DNA of 64,000 nt from Armatimonadota bacterium (lineage in GTDB: Bacteria; Armatimonadota; SYMT01), in the NCBI GenBank assembly GCA_046292385.1, contig JBKBRF010000018.1, forward strand, positions 1 through 64,000, in the 5' to 3' direction. The notes beneath the pieces were generated by a model that was not told the DNA's origin, did no database searches, and saw only the letters and a list, made by a program, of their open reading frames with translations. The translations under genes were made by a program, and so were the position numbers. Shown piece by piece: positions 41,293 to 50,574 of the stretch. The stretch's first letter is position 1. Every line of letters starts with the position of its first letter.

Positions 41293-41369
41293 TCCTCCCT
41301 TGTCTTCAGAAGGCGCTGCCGGGTTCCGGCGGCGCCTTCCGCTTTTCGGGTCGAACTTTCGAGGCACCC

Positions 41370-42296
41370 ATGCGCTGGACCGAGATCTCCCTGCACGTCC
41401 CCCGCTCGCTCACTGACGCCGTCTCCGCCGCGCTGACGGAGGGCGGCTGCGCCGGGACCGTCATCACCGATCCGCGCGCCGTCTCCAGCGATCCGTTCGC
41501 GGAGTGGTCCGCACCTGAGGGCTCCGCGGCAAACGGGGACACCTGCCGGGTGTCCGGCTATCTCCCGGTCGACGACCGCCTGGAAGGCACCCTCGACGAG
41601 ATCCAGGGGCGCCTCCGGATCTTGAAAGAAGCCGGGCTGGAGCTGGAGACGGAGCTGACGCTGCGGATGGTGGAGGACGACGCCTGGGCCGATGCCTGGA
41701 AGCGCTACTTCAAGCCGTCGCGGGTAGGCCGGCGGTTCGTGATCAAGCCGTCCTGGGAGGAGTGGGACGCCGCCGCGGACGACCTCGTGATCGAGCTCGA
41801 CCCCGGCATGGCGTTCGGCAGCGGTGCCCATCCCACCACCCGGCTCTGCCTTGGCCTGCTGGAGTCGCTCCCGCTGCGCGGGGCGCGCGTGCTCGACTGG
41901 GGCACCGGGAGCGGAGTCCTCGCCATCGGCGCCGGCCGCCTCGGCGCGAACCCGATCCTGGCGATCGATCTCGACCCGCTCGCTGCGAGGGTCGCCGGGG
42001 AGAACGTGGAGCGCAACGGCCTGGAGGGCGTGATCGAGTGCGGCGTCGGCAGCATCGAGGCGCTGCCTGACAAGCCCGCATACGACCTGATCATCGGAAA
42101 CATCGTCGCCGACCCGATCATCGGCGCCGCGCCGGAGATCCGCCGCCGCCTCGCGCCCGGCGGCCACGCGCTCGTCAGCGGCTTCCTTGAGTCCCGCGAG
42201 CCGGAAGTCCGCGCCGCCCTCGAAGCAACCGGCCTGAAGACCGTAGACTGCACCGGCGAAGAAGACTGGCGAGCGCTCCTCCTCCGGCTGGCGTGA
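41370..42296 (+). CDS. prmA: Ribosomal protein L11 methyltransferase
   Basis: WKRYFKP, IKPSWE, DPGMAFGSGAHPTT, LDWGTGSG, SG; follows dnaJ. Confidence 0.93.
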   Translation: MRWTEISLHVPRSLTDAVSAALTEGGCAGTVITDPRAVSSDPFAEWSAPEGSAANGDTCRVSGYLPVDDRLEGTLDEIQGRLRILKEAGLELETELTLRMVEDDAWADAWKRYFKPSRVGRRFVIKPSWEEWDAAADDLVIELDPGMAFGSGAHPTTRLCLGLLESLPLRGARVLDWGTGSGVLAIGAGRLGANPILAIDLDPLAARVAGENVERNGLEGVIECGVGSIEALPDKPAYDLIIGNIVADPIIGAAPEIRRRLAPGGHALVSGFLESREPEVRAALEATGLKTVDCTGEEDWRALLLRLA

Positions 42297-42303
42297 GGCT
42301 CCC

Positions 42304-42618
42304 TCCGAACCTGATTAACCGCAGAGACGCAGAGGACGCGGAGAGAAGCCGAACCTGATTCACCGCCAAGAACGCCAAGCTCGCCGCGAGGGACCGGAAG
42401 AGACAAACCCCGGGGCCGCTCTACGGTGCTCGACAGGCGAACCAGGCCCGCCCCTTGGTCCCCGCTCTGCGTCCCCTCTGCGCTCTCCGTGTCCTCTGCG
42501 GTAAACCTGGTTCGAACCGGGGCCGCAGTACCGTTTAGGTGAAGCGGTGCAGGCCCCTCCCCCTGGTTCGGGTTCTCTCCGCGCTCTCCGCGTCTCTGCG
42601 GTGAAATCAGGTTCGGAT
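42304..42618. repeat. Nested ACCGCAGAGACGC/GCGTCTCTGCGGT palindromic repeats
   Basis: Inverted repeat CCGAACCTGATT.ACCGCAGAGACGC at both ends plus internal degenerate copies. Confidence 0.65.
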
Positions 42619-42658
42619 TCTGGTTCGGTTCCTCTCGGTGCGCTCTGTAGTGAGATCC

Positions 42659-43369
42659 CTAGGGCGCTCCCAGCCAGCGGGCGAGCTGCACCAGGAGCGG
42701 GGCGTAGAGCAGGGCCGGGAGGAGGTTGCTCACCCGGATCGCTTTCAGCTCCAGCAGGCGGAAGCCGAGGCCGAGCATCATCACGCCGCCGGCGGCGAAG
42801 AGCTCCTGCTGCATCCTCGCATCCGAGAGCACCGGGGCGAGCGCGCCGGCGCTGAGGGTGAGGGCCCCCTGCACCACCAGCACCGTCCCGGCGGAGAGCA
42901 GCACACCCCAGCCGAGTGCCGAGGCGAACGCCACCGCGCTGATGCCGTCCAGCGTCGCCTTCGTGGCGAGGAGGCCGTAGTCGCCGCGGAGCCCGTCGTT
43001 CAGGCAGCCGAGGAGCGTCATCGGGCCGACGCAGAAGAGGATGCTGGTGACGACGAACCCGCGGGCGAAGTCGCCCTCGGCCTTCCCCCGTCCGAGCTTC
43101 CGCTCCGCGAGCTCCCCCAGCCGCTCGGTCCCCCGCTCGATCCGGAGCGCCTCTCCCGTGAGCCCGCCGAGCACCAGGCTGCCGAGGAGCACCAGCGGGT
43201 TGCCCGTCTTGAGCGCCATGTCGGCCCCGATCACCAGGGTGATCAGCGCCACCACGTGCATCACCGTCTCGCGCATCCGCTCCGGGAGCCGCTCTCCCAG
43301 CGCGCGTCCCGCCACCGCGCCGGCCACCACCGTCGTCACGTTGATGAGGGTCCCGATCAAGGCTGACAT
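42659..43369 (-). CDS. DUF554 family membrane protein
   Basis: GTLIN, LFCVGPM..LG, K..LDG, NLLPAL motifs; multi-TM. Confidence 0.88.
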   Translation of the reverse strand: MSALIGTLINVTTVVAGAVAGRALGERLPERMRETVMHVVALITLVIGADMALKTGNPLVLLGSLVLGGLTGEALRIERGTERLGELAERKLGRGKAEGDFARGFVVTSILFCVGPMTLLGCLNDGLRGDYGLLATKATLDGISAVAFASALGWGVLLSAGTVLVVQGALTLSAGALAPVLSDARMQQELFAAGGVMMLGLGFRLLELKAIRVSNLLPALLYAPLLVQLARWLGAP

Positions 43370-43538
43370 CTCCAGCGCGCGCGCCGTATGGGGAAACGAG
43401 GGAGCCGGAACGGCCGAAGGTGGGTCCTAACCGGAGTGCCCCGGGTCGCGGCGCGCCTCGACGCGTGCCCGCGAGCAGGGGTAGAATAGACGCGAGCTAT
43501 CGCCCAGCGCTAGACCATAAGTACGGGAGAGACTGCAG

Positions 43539-44039
43539 ATGATGAACCGATTTGGCCGGTTCGCCCTGACGACGGTCGCCACCCTGGCGATCGCGGCGGC
43601 GGCGCTGGCTGACCCCACCCCCGCCGGCAAGGCGGCTCCCGCCTGGAATGGGAAGACCACGGCCGGCAAGACGATCGGCTCGTCCCAGTTGAAGGGAAAG
43701 GTCGTCCTCGTCAACTTCTTCAACAACTACTGAGGGGCCTGCCGTGAGGAGTATCCTCACCTTCAAGCCCTGCAGAAGAAGTATGCCGCCAAGGGGTTCA
43801 CGGTGGTCTCCGTGAGCAACGACGAGACGGCTCAGGAAGCCGGCAATTTCGCCAAGCAGATCAAGGCGACGTTCCCGGTCGTGCACGATCCGAAGAGCGC
43901 CGTCTACGGCAAGTTCGGAGTCTCCGTGGCGCCGACCAACATCCTCGTAGACCGCAAAGGAAAGGTGGTCTGGAGCCACGAGGGGGTCGACGTCCCGAAG
44001 ATGAACGCGGCGGTGGCGCGCGCAGTCGCCGCGAAGTAG
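43539..44039 (+). CDS. Secreted TlpA/redoxin-family thioredoxin-fold selenoprotein (U-G-A-C active site)
   Basis: ORFs 43539-43733 and 43803-44039 are in frame; TGA 43731-43733 falls at the first Cys position: LKGKVVLVNFFNNY-U-GACREEYPHLQAL..FPVVHD..PTNILVDRKG; 166 aa. Confidence 0.9.
43734..43770 (+). promoter_or_regulatory. Putative bacterial SECIS element
   Basis: GTGAGGA-GTA-TCCTCAC perfect 7-bp hairpin (43744-43760), loop G 18 nt after the UGA; lower GGGC/GCCC pairing possible. Confidence 0.7.
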
Positions 44040-44119
44040 TCCGCCACCGGACGGATGCTGTGGAGAGGGAGCGAGGCGCCGCCTCCGCTCCCTCTTCTGA
44101 TTCCCGGATCCGCCGAGGA

Positions 44120-44263
44120 TCAGGCGACCGGCAGCGAGTGGGCCACGGCCGGTGCCAGCGGCGGCTGCGCCGGGGCGGCGCGGCGCCCCAGCAGGTAGCC
44201 CGCGGCCGACACCAGGGTCGCCGCCGCCAGGGCGCAAAGGAAGGCTCGTCGTACGGGGTTCAT
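44120..44263 (-). CDS. Small protein (47 aa) with twin-arginine-like leader
   Basis: MNPVRRAFLCALAAATLVSAAGYLLGRRAAP...; GGAG RBS upstream; fills an intergenic gap. Confidence 0.45.
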   Translation of the reverse strand: MNPVRRAFLCALAAATLVSAAGYLLGRRAAPAQPPLAPAVAHSLPVA

Positions 44264-44389
44264 CACGGGTGCTCCACCCGGCAGAGAAGCAACCTTCGTG
44301 CCAATCGAGCCGTCGCCCGGAGAAGGGTCGCGCCCGCGCCGGGGCTAACGTGGCTTCAGGACTTTCCCCCAGCCACGGAGACCACCGCT

Positions 44390-45292
44390 ATGGACCGCCG
44401 CCAGTTCCTCACCACCGCCGCCCTGCCGCTCGGCGCGGCGCTCGGCGCTGCCGTGCCCGCGGCGGCGCATATTGACCCTGCCTCCCGCCGCTACACTCCC
44501 GGCGCGCCGTACCGGCTTGGGGTGGCGGCCTACTCGTACCGCCAGTTCCTGCAGGGCGCGCAGAAGAACATGACGCTCTTCGACTTCATCCGCCGCGCTG
44601 CGGAGCTCGGCACCGACGGCGTGGAGCTGACGGAGTACTACTTCGAGAAGCCGGTCATCGACGACTACCTGCTGCGCCTGAAGCACACCGCGCACCTGTG
44701 GGGCCAGACGATCACCGGCACCCCGATCGGCAACACCTTCACCCACCCGGCCGGTCCGGAGCGGGACAAGCAGGTGGAGATTTACAAGAAGTGGGTCGAC
44801 GTCTCCGCCGTCCTCGGGTCCCCCGCCATCCGCACCTTCGCGGGCAGCGCGCCGCAGGGCACTTCCGAGGCGCAGGCGCGGCGCCACGTGGTGGAAACGC
44901 TGGAGGAAGTCTGCGAGTACGCCGGCCGAAAAGGGGTCTTCGTGGCGCTCGAGAACCACGGCGGCGTGGTCGCGGAAGCCGATGGCCTGCTCGAGATCGT
45001 CAAGGCGGTCGAGTCGCCGTGGCTCGGCATCAACCTGGACAGCGGCAACTTCCGCACCGAAGACCCCTACGGCGACCTGGCGAAGTGCGCCCCGTACGCG
45101 GTGAGCGTGCAGTATAAGGTCGACATGCACCCGAAGGGAAAGCCCGCCGAGAAGGCCGACTTCCCCCGGATCGTCAAGATCCTGAAGGACGCCGGCTACC
45201 GCGGCTTCATCACCCTGGAGTACGAAGGCCGGGAAGACCCGCTCGTCGCCATCCCGCGCCACCTGGCGGAGATGCGTGCGGCGATGGGCTAG
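44390..45292 (+). CDS. Tat-exported sugar phosphate isomerase/epimerase (xylose isomerase-like TIM barrel)
   Basis: MDRRQFL leader; DGVELT, ALENHGG, NLDSGNF, GYRG.I.LEYE. Confidence 0.88.
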   Translation: MDRRQFLTTAALPLGAALGAAVPAAAHIDPASRRYTPGAPYRLGVAAYSYRQFLQGAQKNMTLFDFIRRAAELGTDGVELTEYYFEKPVIDDYLLRLKHTAHLWGQTITGTPIGNTFTHPAGPERDKQVEIYKKWVDVSAVLGSPAIRTFAGSAPQGTSEAQARRHVVETLEEVCEYAGRKGVFVALENHGGVVAEADGLLEIVKAVESPWLGINLDSGNFRTEDPYGDLAKCAPYAVSVQYKVDMHPKGKPAEKADFPRIVKILKDAGYRGFITLEYEGREDPLVAIPRHLAEMRAAMG

Positions 45293-45564
45293 CGGCGAAA
45301 GCCGACGTGGTGCCCCGGAGGGGGCTCCCCCGCCCCCCCGGGCGGGTGTATTGGCTCGCGGAAGTCTTCCCCGCCCCGACGTGTCGTGGTGAAGTAGCGG
45401 CCCGAATAGGTCCCGGAGCCCCGGCGCTGCGGCGGTATTCCCGCTGCGCGGGAAGCGATGGCAAGTGTCGGGCGCGGTAAAGTTACGCCGCTGGCGGCGC
45501 CGGCGAGATTTGCCGCCGTCCGGCGCTCGGGAGGGGCGAGAAACGCTCGGCCGGCTTCGATTCC

Positions 45565-45736
45565 CCACCCCAGTCATCCTGAACGCAGTGAAGGATCTCG
45601 GCAGCCGCAAGGGAACGGAGTACGCAGGCGGGTGACGCCGACTCTACCTCCGGTGCCCTTCCGCGCGCGAGGCCTCCCGCTCCGGCGAGAAGGGGGCGAC
45701 GTAGATCCTTCACTCCGTTCAGGATGACTGGGGTGG
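45565..45736. repeat. GTCATCCTGA..GAAGGATCT palindromic (REP-like) element
   Basis: 34-bp inverted repeat, 45565-45598 / 45703-45736, one mismatch. Confidence 0.8.
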
Positions 45737-45989
45737 AGGACGGCAGAGCCGCTCGTCCTCACCGGCAGAACTTACGCTGCGCCTCGGGTGCCTTCCCGCG
45801 TGTGACAGGAGCTAGCGCACTCCGCAGACTGCACCGTGGCAGTCTCCCCCTCGGCGTGAGGGAATCCTTCCCGGGCCGGCGTGTGGAGTGCGAATGCTTG
45901 CCCCCAGTACGGGGGGCTTGCTTTCGCCCCCGCGTCAGCGGGGTGCAAGCCCGTCGATCGCGCGAACAGTTCTCCGGTACGAAGGGAAT

Positions 45990-46167
45990 CGATCGCCAGG
46001 CAGGCCCCTTGGCTGCTACTCTACGTCTCCTGACGCTGCAGGGCCGCGACGTGGTCGAGAATTCCACTGGGCAAGACGAGCATCACCGAACCCGCACGTT
46101 CCAGGAAGAGTACCTCGACCTGCTCCGAGCCCACGGCGTTCAGTATGACGTACGCTATCTCTGGTAG
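45990..46167 (+). pseudogene. IS200/IS605-family (Y1 HUH) transposase C-terminal remnant
   Basis: QDEHHRTRTFQEEYLDLLRAHGVQYDVRYLW* matches the typical C-terminus of short TnpA proteins; upstream part degraded. Confidence 0.7.
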
Positions 46168-46193
46168 CCGGGCGGGCCGATGCACGGCGGGAC

Positions 46194-46281
46194 GTCCTGG
46201 AGGGACGCCGGAGAATAGCCGGGGGTGCTAACCCCCGAAAGGACCGGCGCAGAACGGTGCGCCCCAGCAGGGGCGCCGGAG
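46194..46281 (+). repeat. REP-like element flanking the TnpA remnant
   Basis: Homologous to the reverse complement of 7229-7328. Confidence 0.6.
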
Positions 46282-46284
46282 CCG

Positions 46285-48285
46285 TCACTCCTTCGCGCCG
46301 GCCGCCATCAGGAGCCGGATCACTGCCGCGCGCCTTTCAGGCAGCACCGGGTCCCCGGCTCGTGCGGCGTAATACCTCGCAATCGAGAGTGCTGTATCTC
46401 CACGAAGATCCTTCGCATTCGGATCAGCTCCGGCGGCGAGAAGCATCTGAATGACGTCCTCGTCGCCCGCGAAGGCCGCGTTGGTCAGAGGTCGGTTCCT
46501 CGGCAGGCCGTTCGGATCGGCGCCGGCGCCGAGCAGTAGCTTTACAATCTCCCGCATCTCCGGTGAGCCCCCGATTGCCGCGGACGCAAGCGGCGTAACT
46601 CCGCCGAAGACTGGCGCATTGATGTCAGCCTTCAGTTCCAGCAACGCGCGTACGCGAAGCGGATCGGCATCCTGGATGGCCCAAATCAGCAAGGTTGCGC
46701 CGCGGCGATCGACTCCATTCAGATCGAACCCGCGGTCCCGCAGCGCCTCGTAGAGCGCGCGCTTCTCCGCCAGGTCATTCGACGCGCTCAGCCGCCGCTG
46801 GGTGAGCGTCCAGAATTCCTCGCGCGCGACCCGTTCCTGCTCCTTGGCCTCATTGAAGCGGTCCGTCGCCGCCGGAGCCCCGGGTGGGACCACGAACTCG
46901 AACACTCGATCCTTCCACACCAGGTAGGTGAGGTCTAACCGCTCGGCCGAGGGCGGCACTTCAGGACCGAACTCGTACAACCGCTCCGATCGCGGTGCGC
47001 CGTACGAGTTGTAGCGAGTTTGAATATCGCGTCCGTTCTGGTCCTTCACGATGACCGCAGCACGCGCGGAACCCGGCCCCGCCGTGACGATCCGCAAGTC
47101 CGCTCGATAGTAGGGACTCCCACCACGACCGGGCTCTGACCAACCGGGCCCGGCGATGCCCCTCGCGTGAACGGTAATCCCCTTCCCCTGCTTCTCGGTT
47201 TCCAACAGCTCGACGAGCTCGCGTGCCTTCGGAGCCGCGACATCTCGATGCGTCCAGACAAGATCGGCCGTCTCGCTCGATTCCGGTCCGACGTACTCGA
47301 AGAGCAGGCTCACTTTCCAGGCCGGCTCCCGCCGGCAGAGTGTGGAAGGGAAGACGAGCCACATCCGTCCGTCAGCTAACGCACTCCGGAAGACCGGGCG
47401 ATAGAGCGCGCCGTTTCCGTATCGGTCCTCCAGTCGAACTCCCCTGGGGGCCCAGTGCAGCAGCGCGTTCCGATCTCCCTCGAGCTCGAGCGTCACGCGC
47501 GTCCAAGTGAGAAGCTCGTGGGGTTCATCGACGACTCGCTCGGGCCACGAGAGCGGTTGGAATGGAGAGAGGTCGGGTTGCGAGCTGCGGTGGATCTCCT
47601 CCCAGTCGAGCCCGGCGGTGAGCGATTTCAGCGTCACCGTTAACCGATCTCCCGTTCGCCGGGCCGGGACTGCCTCTGCAGTAAGCTCGTTCGGGGGCGG
47701 CCGAAGTCGGGTCGCAGTCCGGAACTCGTGACGGGAGCCGTCCCGCTCATAGACCCAGATCCGCAGCTGGTCAGTATGCCGTGGGAAGAGCTCGAGCACG
47801 GTGACCACCGTCAGGCTCTGCCGGTCCGAGTTGAGCGTGCCGCTGCTGCTTCCGCCCGGGGTAAAGCGGACCAGCTTCTCGCCATCGGTGACGGTGGTGG
47901 ACGGCCAGCGGCGTGAATCGATCCGGCAGCCATGCTCGTCGGCCACCACGATCCACGGTGACCACTCCGTGCCCGGCTTCGCCCCGGTAATCCGCCACCA
48001 GAGCGCGAGGGTTTCCGGTGCCTCGCCCAGTCGCCGCTCGATCATCGCGCGGTGCGGAAGCGGTACCGGAGGCTGCTCGGTAACGATATCGGCGTCCGGG
48101 AGCACTCCAGGGTTTTGTGCGGCGAAGTCGTGCACCTTGCCGAAAGTTGTCCCCAAAAGGGTCAAGGTAGAGCCGTCCTGCAACCGCTTGCCGACGGCGG
48201 GCTCCGCTCCGAGCCGCGCGTTCCCCACGACGAGGGCAGCAACGGTCGCACCCAAGATCACAGCCGTTCGGAGTGGATAGATCAT
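46285..48285 (-). CDS. Secreted protein with C-terminal ankyrin repeats (paralog A)
   Basis: Signal peptide; TPL..A..G...LL.AGADPN repeats; colinear with 48371-50356. Confidence 0.82.
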   Translation of the reverse strand: MIYPLRTAVILGATVAALVVGNARLGAEPAVGKRLQDGSTLTLLGTTFGKVHDFAAQNPGVLPDADIVTEQPPVPLPHRAMIERRLGEAPETLALWWRITGAKPGTEWSPWIVVADEHGCRIDSRRWPSTTVTDGEKLVRFTPGGSSSGTLNSDRQSLTVVTVLELFPRHTDQLRIWVYERDGSRHEFRTATRLRPPPNELTAEAVPARRTGDRLTVTLKSLTAGLDWEEIHRSSQPDLSPFQPLSWPERVVDEPHELLTWTRVTLELEGDRNALLHWAPRGVRLEDRYGNGALYRPVFRSALADGRMWLVFPSTLCRREPAWKVSLLFEYVGPESSETADLVWTHRDVAAPKARELVELLETEKQGKGITVHARGIAGPGWSEPGRGGSPYYRADLRIVTAGPGSARAAVIVKDQNGRDIQTRYNSYGAPRSERLYEFGPEVPPSAERLDLTYLVWKDRVFEFVVPPGAPAATDRFNEAKEQERVAREEFWTLTQRRLSASNDLAEKRALYEALRDRGFDLNGVDRRGATLLIWAIQDADPLRVRALLELKADINAPVFGGVTPLASAAIGGSPEMREIVKLLLGAGADPNGLPRNRPLTNAAFAGDEDVIQMLLAAGADPNAKDLRGDTALSIARYYAARAGDPVLPERRAAVIRLLMAAGAKE

Positions 48286-48370
48286 CGTCGTTCTCGGTGA
48301 AATGAGGCTACCTCGCATCAACCAGAGGGAAGCATCGCGGAACCTGGGCTCCGAAAACCCGCTCCGGTGC

Positions 48371-50356
48371 TCACTCCTTCGCTCCGGCCTGCTCCAGCAG
48401 CTTGACTACCGCGGCGCCGCTCCGTCCCTTTTCCGGCTCCTCATAGCGGAGCGCCCACTGCTTCGTCGCTTTCAGGACCGACTCGCCCCGGGCGTCCCGG
48501 GCGTTCGGATCGGCTCCGGCCGAGAGCAGCAGCTTCACCATCTCCACGTAGCCGTTGATCGCCGCCCCCATCAGCGGGGGGCTCCCCGCGTTTCCGTTCA
48601 CCCGGGCTCCCGCGCGGATCAACAGCCGCGCCATTTCCACCCCCGTCGTCGAGCCCATCATCGCGACGGCTTGGATCGGAAGCACGTCGCCGTACGACGG
48701 CGCGTTGACGTCCACGTTTTCCGCGATGAGCGCCTGGACGCGCGCCAGGTCACCCCGCTCGATCGCCTGGGTCAGCAGCGTCGATCCCTGGCGGCGCCAC
48801 GGCTCGTTCAGGTCGATCCCGCTCTCCCGCAGGCTCCGCAGCACCTCCCGCACCCCGTCCGCGTCTTTCTCGCGCTGCAGCCGCCGGTCCACGCGGATCA
48901 GCAGCTCCTCCCGGGCGAGGCGCGCCGGCTCGCGGGCTTCGTCGAAGCGATCCGGTGCGGCAGGTGCCTGCGGGCGCACCATGAACTCGAGCCGCCGACT
49001 GCGCCGGACCCCGTACTTCAGATTCAGCCGCTGGGCGCTGTCCGGGACCTCCAGCACGAACTGGAACCGATGCCCTGCCTCGCCCAGGGAGCGGAAGTGC
49101 AGGCGGGCGGGAACAGGGCGGCCGTCCTGATCCGTTGCTTGCAGCGCCGGCTGGATCGCTTCGCCGGCAGGCGCCCCGACTGTGAGATCAGCGACGTAAT
49201 ACGGCGGTCCGGCGCCTCCTCGCTCGGACCACCCGGGTCCGACGACGCCCCGGGTGCTGAGGGTGATCCCCTCCCGCGCCAGGTTTCCGTTCTCGATGCG
49301 CGAGAGCTGCTGCCGCTTGGGCGCCGGCAGGTCGCGGTGCTCCCAGACTACGTCGGCTCCCTCGACCGTCTCCGGGCCCGCGTAGTCAAAGAGAACGGCA
49401 ACCTTCCAGGCCGGCTCTCGGGTGCAGAGGGCGGAGGGAAAGGCGATCCACAACTTGCCCTGCGGATCGACCGCGCTGCGGTAGACCGGTCGATAAAGCA
49501 ATGCGTTCCCGAAGCGATCTTCTACGATCACCCCGGCAGGCGCCCAGGAGCGCAGCATCTCCGGACCGCCCCCGACCCGGAGCAGTACCCGCGCCCACGG
49601 GGTCAGCTCCTCCGGCTCCTGGACCACCTTCTGGTGCCATGGGAGCGACTCCAGCGGGGGGAGTGCCGGGTCGGAGCTGCGGCGGATCTCGTCCCAGTCC
49701 AGGCCGGCCGTGAGCGCCTCCAGCGTCACTTTCACGCCTTGTGATTCTCGCCCGGCCGGCAGCGGCTCCGCTTCGAAGGCGGCGGGAAGCGGTCGATGCG
49801 GAGAGGAGGCGTGGAACTGATGCGGCTTGCCGTCCGCGTCGAAGACGAGCACGCGGAACGTGGGTGCGCTGCGGGGAAAGTGCTGGAGAGTCTTCGCCAC
49901 GATGAGCGTGCGGGGGTTGCCGCCTACCCCGTAGCCGCGGCTGCCTCCGCGGACGAGGTGCTCCACCGAAGCACCTTCCTGCACGTGGGCGTGCCAGCGG
50001 GTGCCGGGAAACCGGCAGCCGTGTTCGTCCGCCAGCACGATCCAGGGCGCCCACTGCGTGCCCGGCTCTCCACCCTCACGCCGCAGCCAGAGCGCCAGTC
50101 CCTCCACCGTGTCGGTGAAGCTGACCACGTTGAACCCCGGCGGAACCTCGATGTCCGGCCCGAGCGACCTGCCCGGGTTGTCGCGGGTAAAGTCGTGCTC
50201 CTTCCCGTACGTCTCGCCGAGCAGCGTGAGCGTAGAGCCGTCTCGCAGCGTGCGCGTCTCCACTGGCCGAGCCTTGGCCGGCTCCGGGGCGGGTGCGCCC
50301 GCGGAAACGACTGCCGCCGCCAATAGAGCTCCGATCGAGTAGGTGTGGTTGATCAT
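48371..50356 (-). CDS. Secreted protein with C-terminal ankyrin repeats (paralog B)
   Basis: Signal peptide; PLM.AA.NG...VKLLL.AGADPN; shares DGSTLTLLG, ADEHGCR, LTAGLDW, REPAWKV and GAKE* with paralog A. Confidence 0.85.
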   Translation of the reverse strand: MINHTYSIGALLAAAVVSAGAPAPEPAKARPVETRTLRDGSTLTLLGETYGKEHDFTRDNPGRSLGPDIEVPPGFNVVSFTDTVEGLALWLRREGGEPGTQWAPWIVLADEHGCRFPGTRWHAHVQEGASVEHLVRGGSRGYGVGGNPRTLIVAKTLQHFPRSAPTFRVLVFDADGKPHQFHASSPHRPLPAAFEAEPLPAGRESQGVKVTLEALTAGLDWDEIRRSSDPALPPLESLPWHQKVVQEPEELTPWARVLLRVGGGPEMLRSWAPAGVIVEDRFGNALLYRPVYRSAVDPQGKLWIAFPSALCTREPAWKVAVLFDYAGPETVEGADVVWEHRDLPAPKRQQLSRIENGNLAREGITLSTRGVVGPGWSERGGAGPPYYVADLTVGAPAGEAIQPALQATDQDGRPVPARLHFRSLGEAGHRFQFVLEVPDSAQRLNLKYGVRRSRRLEFMVRPQAPAAPDRFDEAREPARLAREELLIRVDRRLQREKDADGVREVLRSLRESGIDLNEPWRRQGSTLLTQAIERGDLARVQALIAENVDVNAPSYGDVLPIQAVAMMGSTTGVEMARLLIRAGARVNGNAGSPPLMGAAINGYVEMVKLLLSAGADPNARDARGESVLKATKQWALRYEEPEKGRSGAAVVKLLEQAGAKE

Positions 50357-50508
50357 ACCGCCCTCCCGCAGGATCGCCCGCCGGGCTGCCGGGGCTTTCG
50401 AGCCACGGCAGCGCCGCAGATGGATGCGCAGCCCATCGACGCTTCATTGTGAGAGAAGTTCGATCTGCCGGATGAGAGTCCTTTACATTTGCCGTCCGGG
50501 TCAAAGTC

Positions 50509-50549
50509 AAAAAGCGCCGGCCGGTCCCGCGAAGAGACCGGCCGGCGCT
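50509..50549 (-). terminator. Rho-independent terminator after the DUF1501 gene
   Basis: AGCGCCGGCCGGTC stem followed by TTTTT on the minus strand. Confidence 0.75.
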
Positions 50550-50574
50550 GCAACTGGGGGCGTACCTCGGCGGA

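Noticed and set aside
43803..44039. Separate 78-aa gene, or nonsense pseudogene reading of the thioredoxin
   Set aside because: The stop coincides with the catalytic Cys position, a SECIS-like hairpin follows, and there are no other lesions
45724..46167. 147-aa ORF as an intact transposase
   Set aside because: Only the last ~35-55 codons resemble TnpA; no HUH motif or catalytic Tyr is present
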